Source: Macrostomum lignano
Lineage: Eukaryota
Direction: 5' to 3'
Length of the DNA: 64,000 bases
NCBI GenBank assembly: GCA_002269645.1
Contig: NIVC01000270.1
Coordinates: 62,001-126,000, forward strand
A program made the translations under genes and the position numbers. Below the pieces are notes generated by a model. That model was given only the letters and a program-made list of their open reading frames with translations, was not told the DNA's origin and did no database searches. The number at the start of each line of letters is the position of its first letter. Positions within the stretch are counted from its first letter, which is position 1. Positions 62,996 to 64,000 of this stretch are shown in pieces.

Positions 62996-64000
62996 ATACA
63001 CAGTTCAGGAGAGTAGCGCGGTCCACATATCAACAAAAAGTTACAAGATTACGGTCATAAAATCTCTTAGCCGTAAAAATCAGTATATCAGCGACCTTCC
63101 AATAACCCCTTGTCACTTGAAAACAAACGGTTTCCAGTGTAAAGCCATGCAAAAAGGAGTTGCAGCCTATAACAGGGGATTTCGCTAAGCCATCTGGAAT
63201 GGGGCACGTGGGGTAGAACCGGAGTGAAAAACAAGCATTCCAGGATGCAGAAAGTGAGCCGCCAGCCGGAAAGCGTGATTGATGGTCACTTCAATAGCGA
63301 GCGGACCCGAGTGTCTATAATATAGCTGGCTTTTTGAAACCCTAAAACGCGCCTCGCCCCGATCGGATGACTAAAATCTGCGGCCACTAGTCCTGTCCGT
63401 CGTTGTTTTTACTTTTGCCTTTGTGCATTAAAAGCAGTTTTAGAACGGGAAATCGGAAAGCAAAAGCCACCAGCAGGGATAAATTTGTCCATGTCTAATT
63501 CCTTCACCTATCGCTGAAGTTCCCGTATTTTTCTCGTATAAAAGTAGAAGAGCGATTAGGCAATGATGGTTTTAACGCTTGGGATATAACAAATCCGTGA
63601 ACCCCGCCATCCTCTGATGCATACTACTTTGAATGCAAATCCCCCGGGGAGTCGATCCACTCCCAGCTCGGTCGGCAACAACAATACTGGCGGGATGTTC
63701 CACTGTTGGGGAGCAGCGATGGGAATCGCGATCCCGGTTAAAATAGTAGTGGATCCGAGACCATCAGGCTGTAACAACACGGGGGTGTCTGTGTGCGCGG
63801 ATCTTTTACCAACTCGGCACAGGCTACGGAGAGCGAATTTAGAGGGCCAGCCAGGAAGGAAAGCAGAAAAAATGGTTTCCAGAAATCGGATGGGCAAGCA
63901 AGTCACCTCATCCTCCGCTGGGAGCCCAACAAAAAGAAGAAAGCTGTAGAGGAACTACGAAGTTGATGAAAAGTTCGGGTTCTCTCTCCGGATGCTTTTC

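Noticed and set aside
63556-63949. Overlapping ORFs near the window end (plus ORF ends in KRRKL)
   Set aside because: No domain recognised; start codons and splice sites unsupported.

Overview
Eukaryotic (metazoan) genomic DNA, not prokaryotic. It has spliced genes, GC-rich coding exons, AT-rich spacers and a very high density of unrelated minisatellites. The style fits a flatworm such as Macrostomum, but that is inference only. Genes reconstructed by hand from translation and splice sites: RPSA 5' end (-), single-exon TMEM160-like (-), Rab14 (-, 3 coding exons, one GC-AG intron), BBOF1/CCDC176 (+, 8 exons), an RTP-like 3CxxC zinc-finger gene with a Q-rich N-terminus (+, 3 exons), a signal-peptide alpha-carbonic anhydrase with a probable GPI tail (+, 5 exons), and 3' exons of a muscleblind-like gene (-). 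Mobile DNA: a Ty3/gypsy pol remnant, several MITEs, tRNA-derived SINE-like copies, and an 862-bp retroposon-like insert with a 28-bp target duplication. Main unusual signals: (1) 10 of the 11 reconstructed introns >500 bp carry their own tandem array, and several arrays are built from splice signals (about 59 copies of the carbonic anhydrase donor site); (2) a recent partial Rab14 duplication whose two junctions are fold-back templated insertions. Most long ORFs in the supplied track are repeat artefacts.
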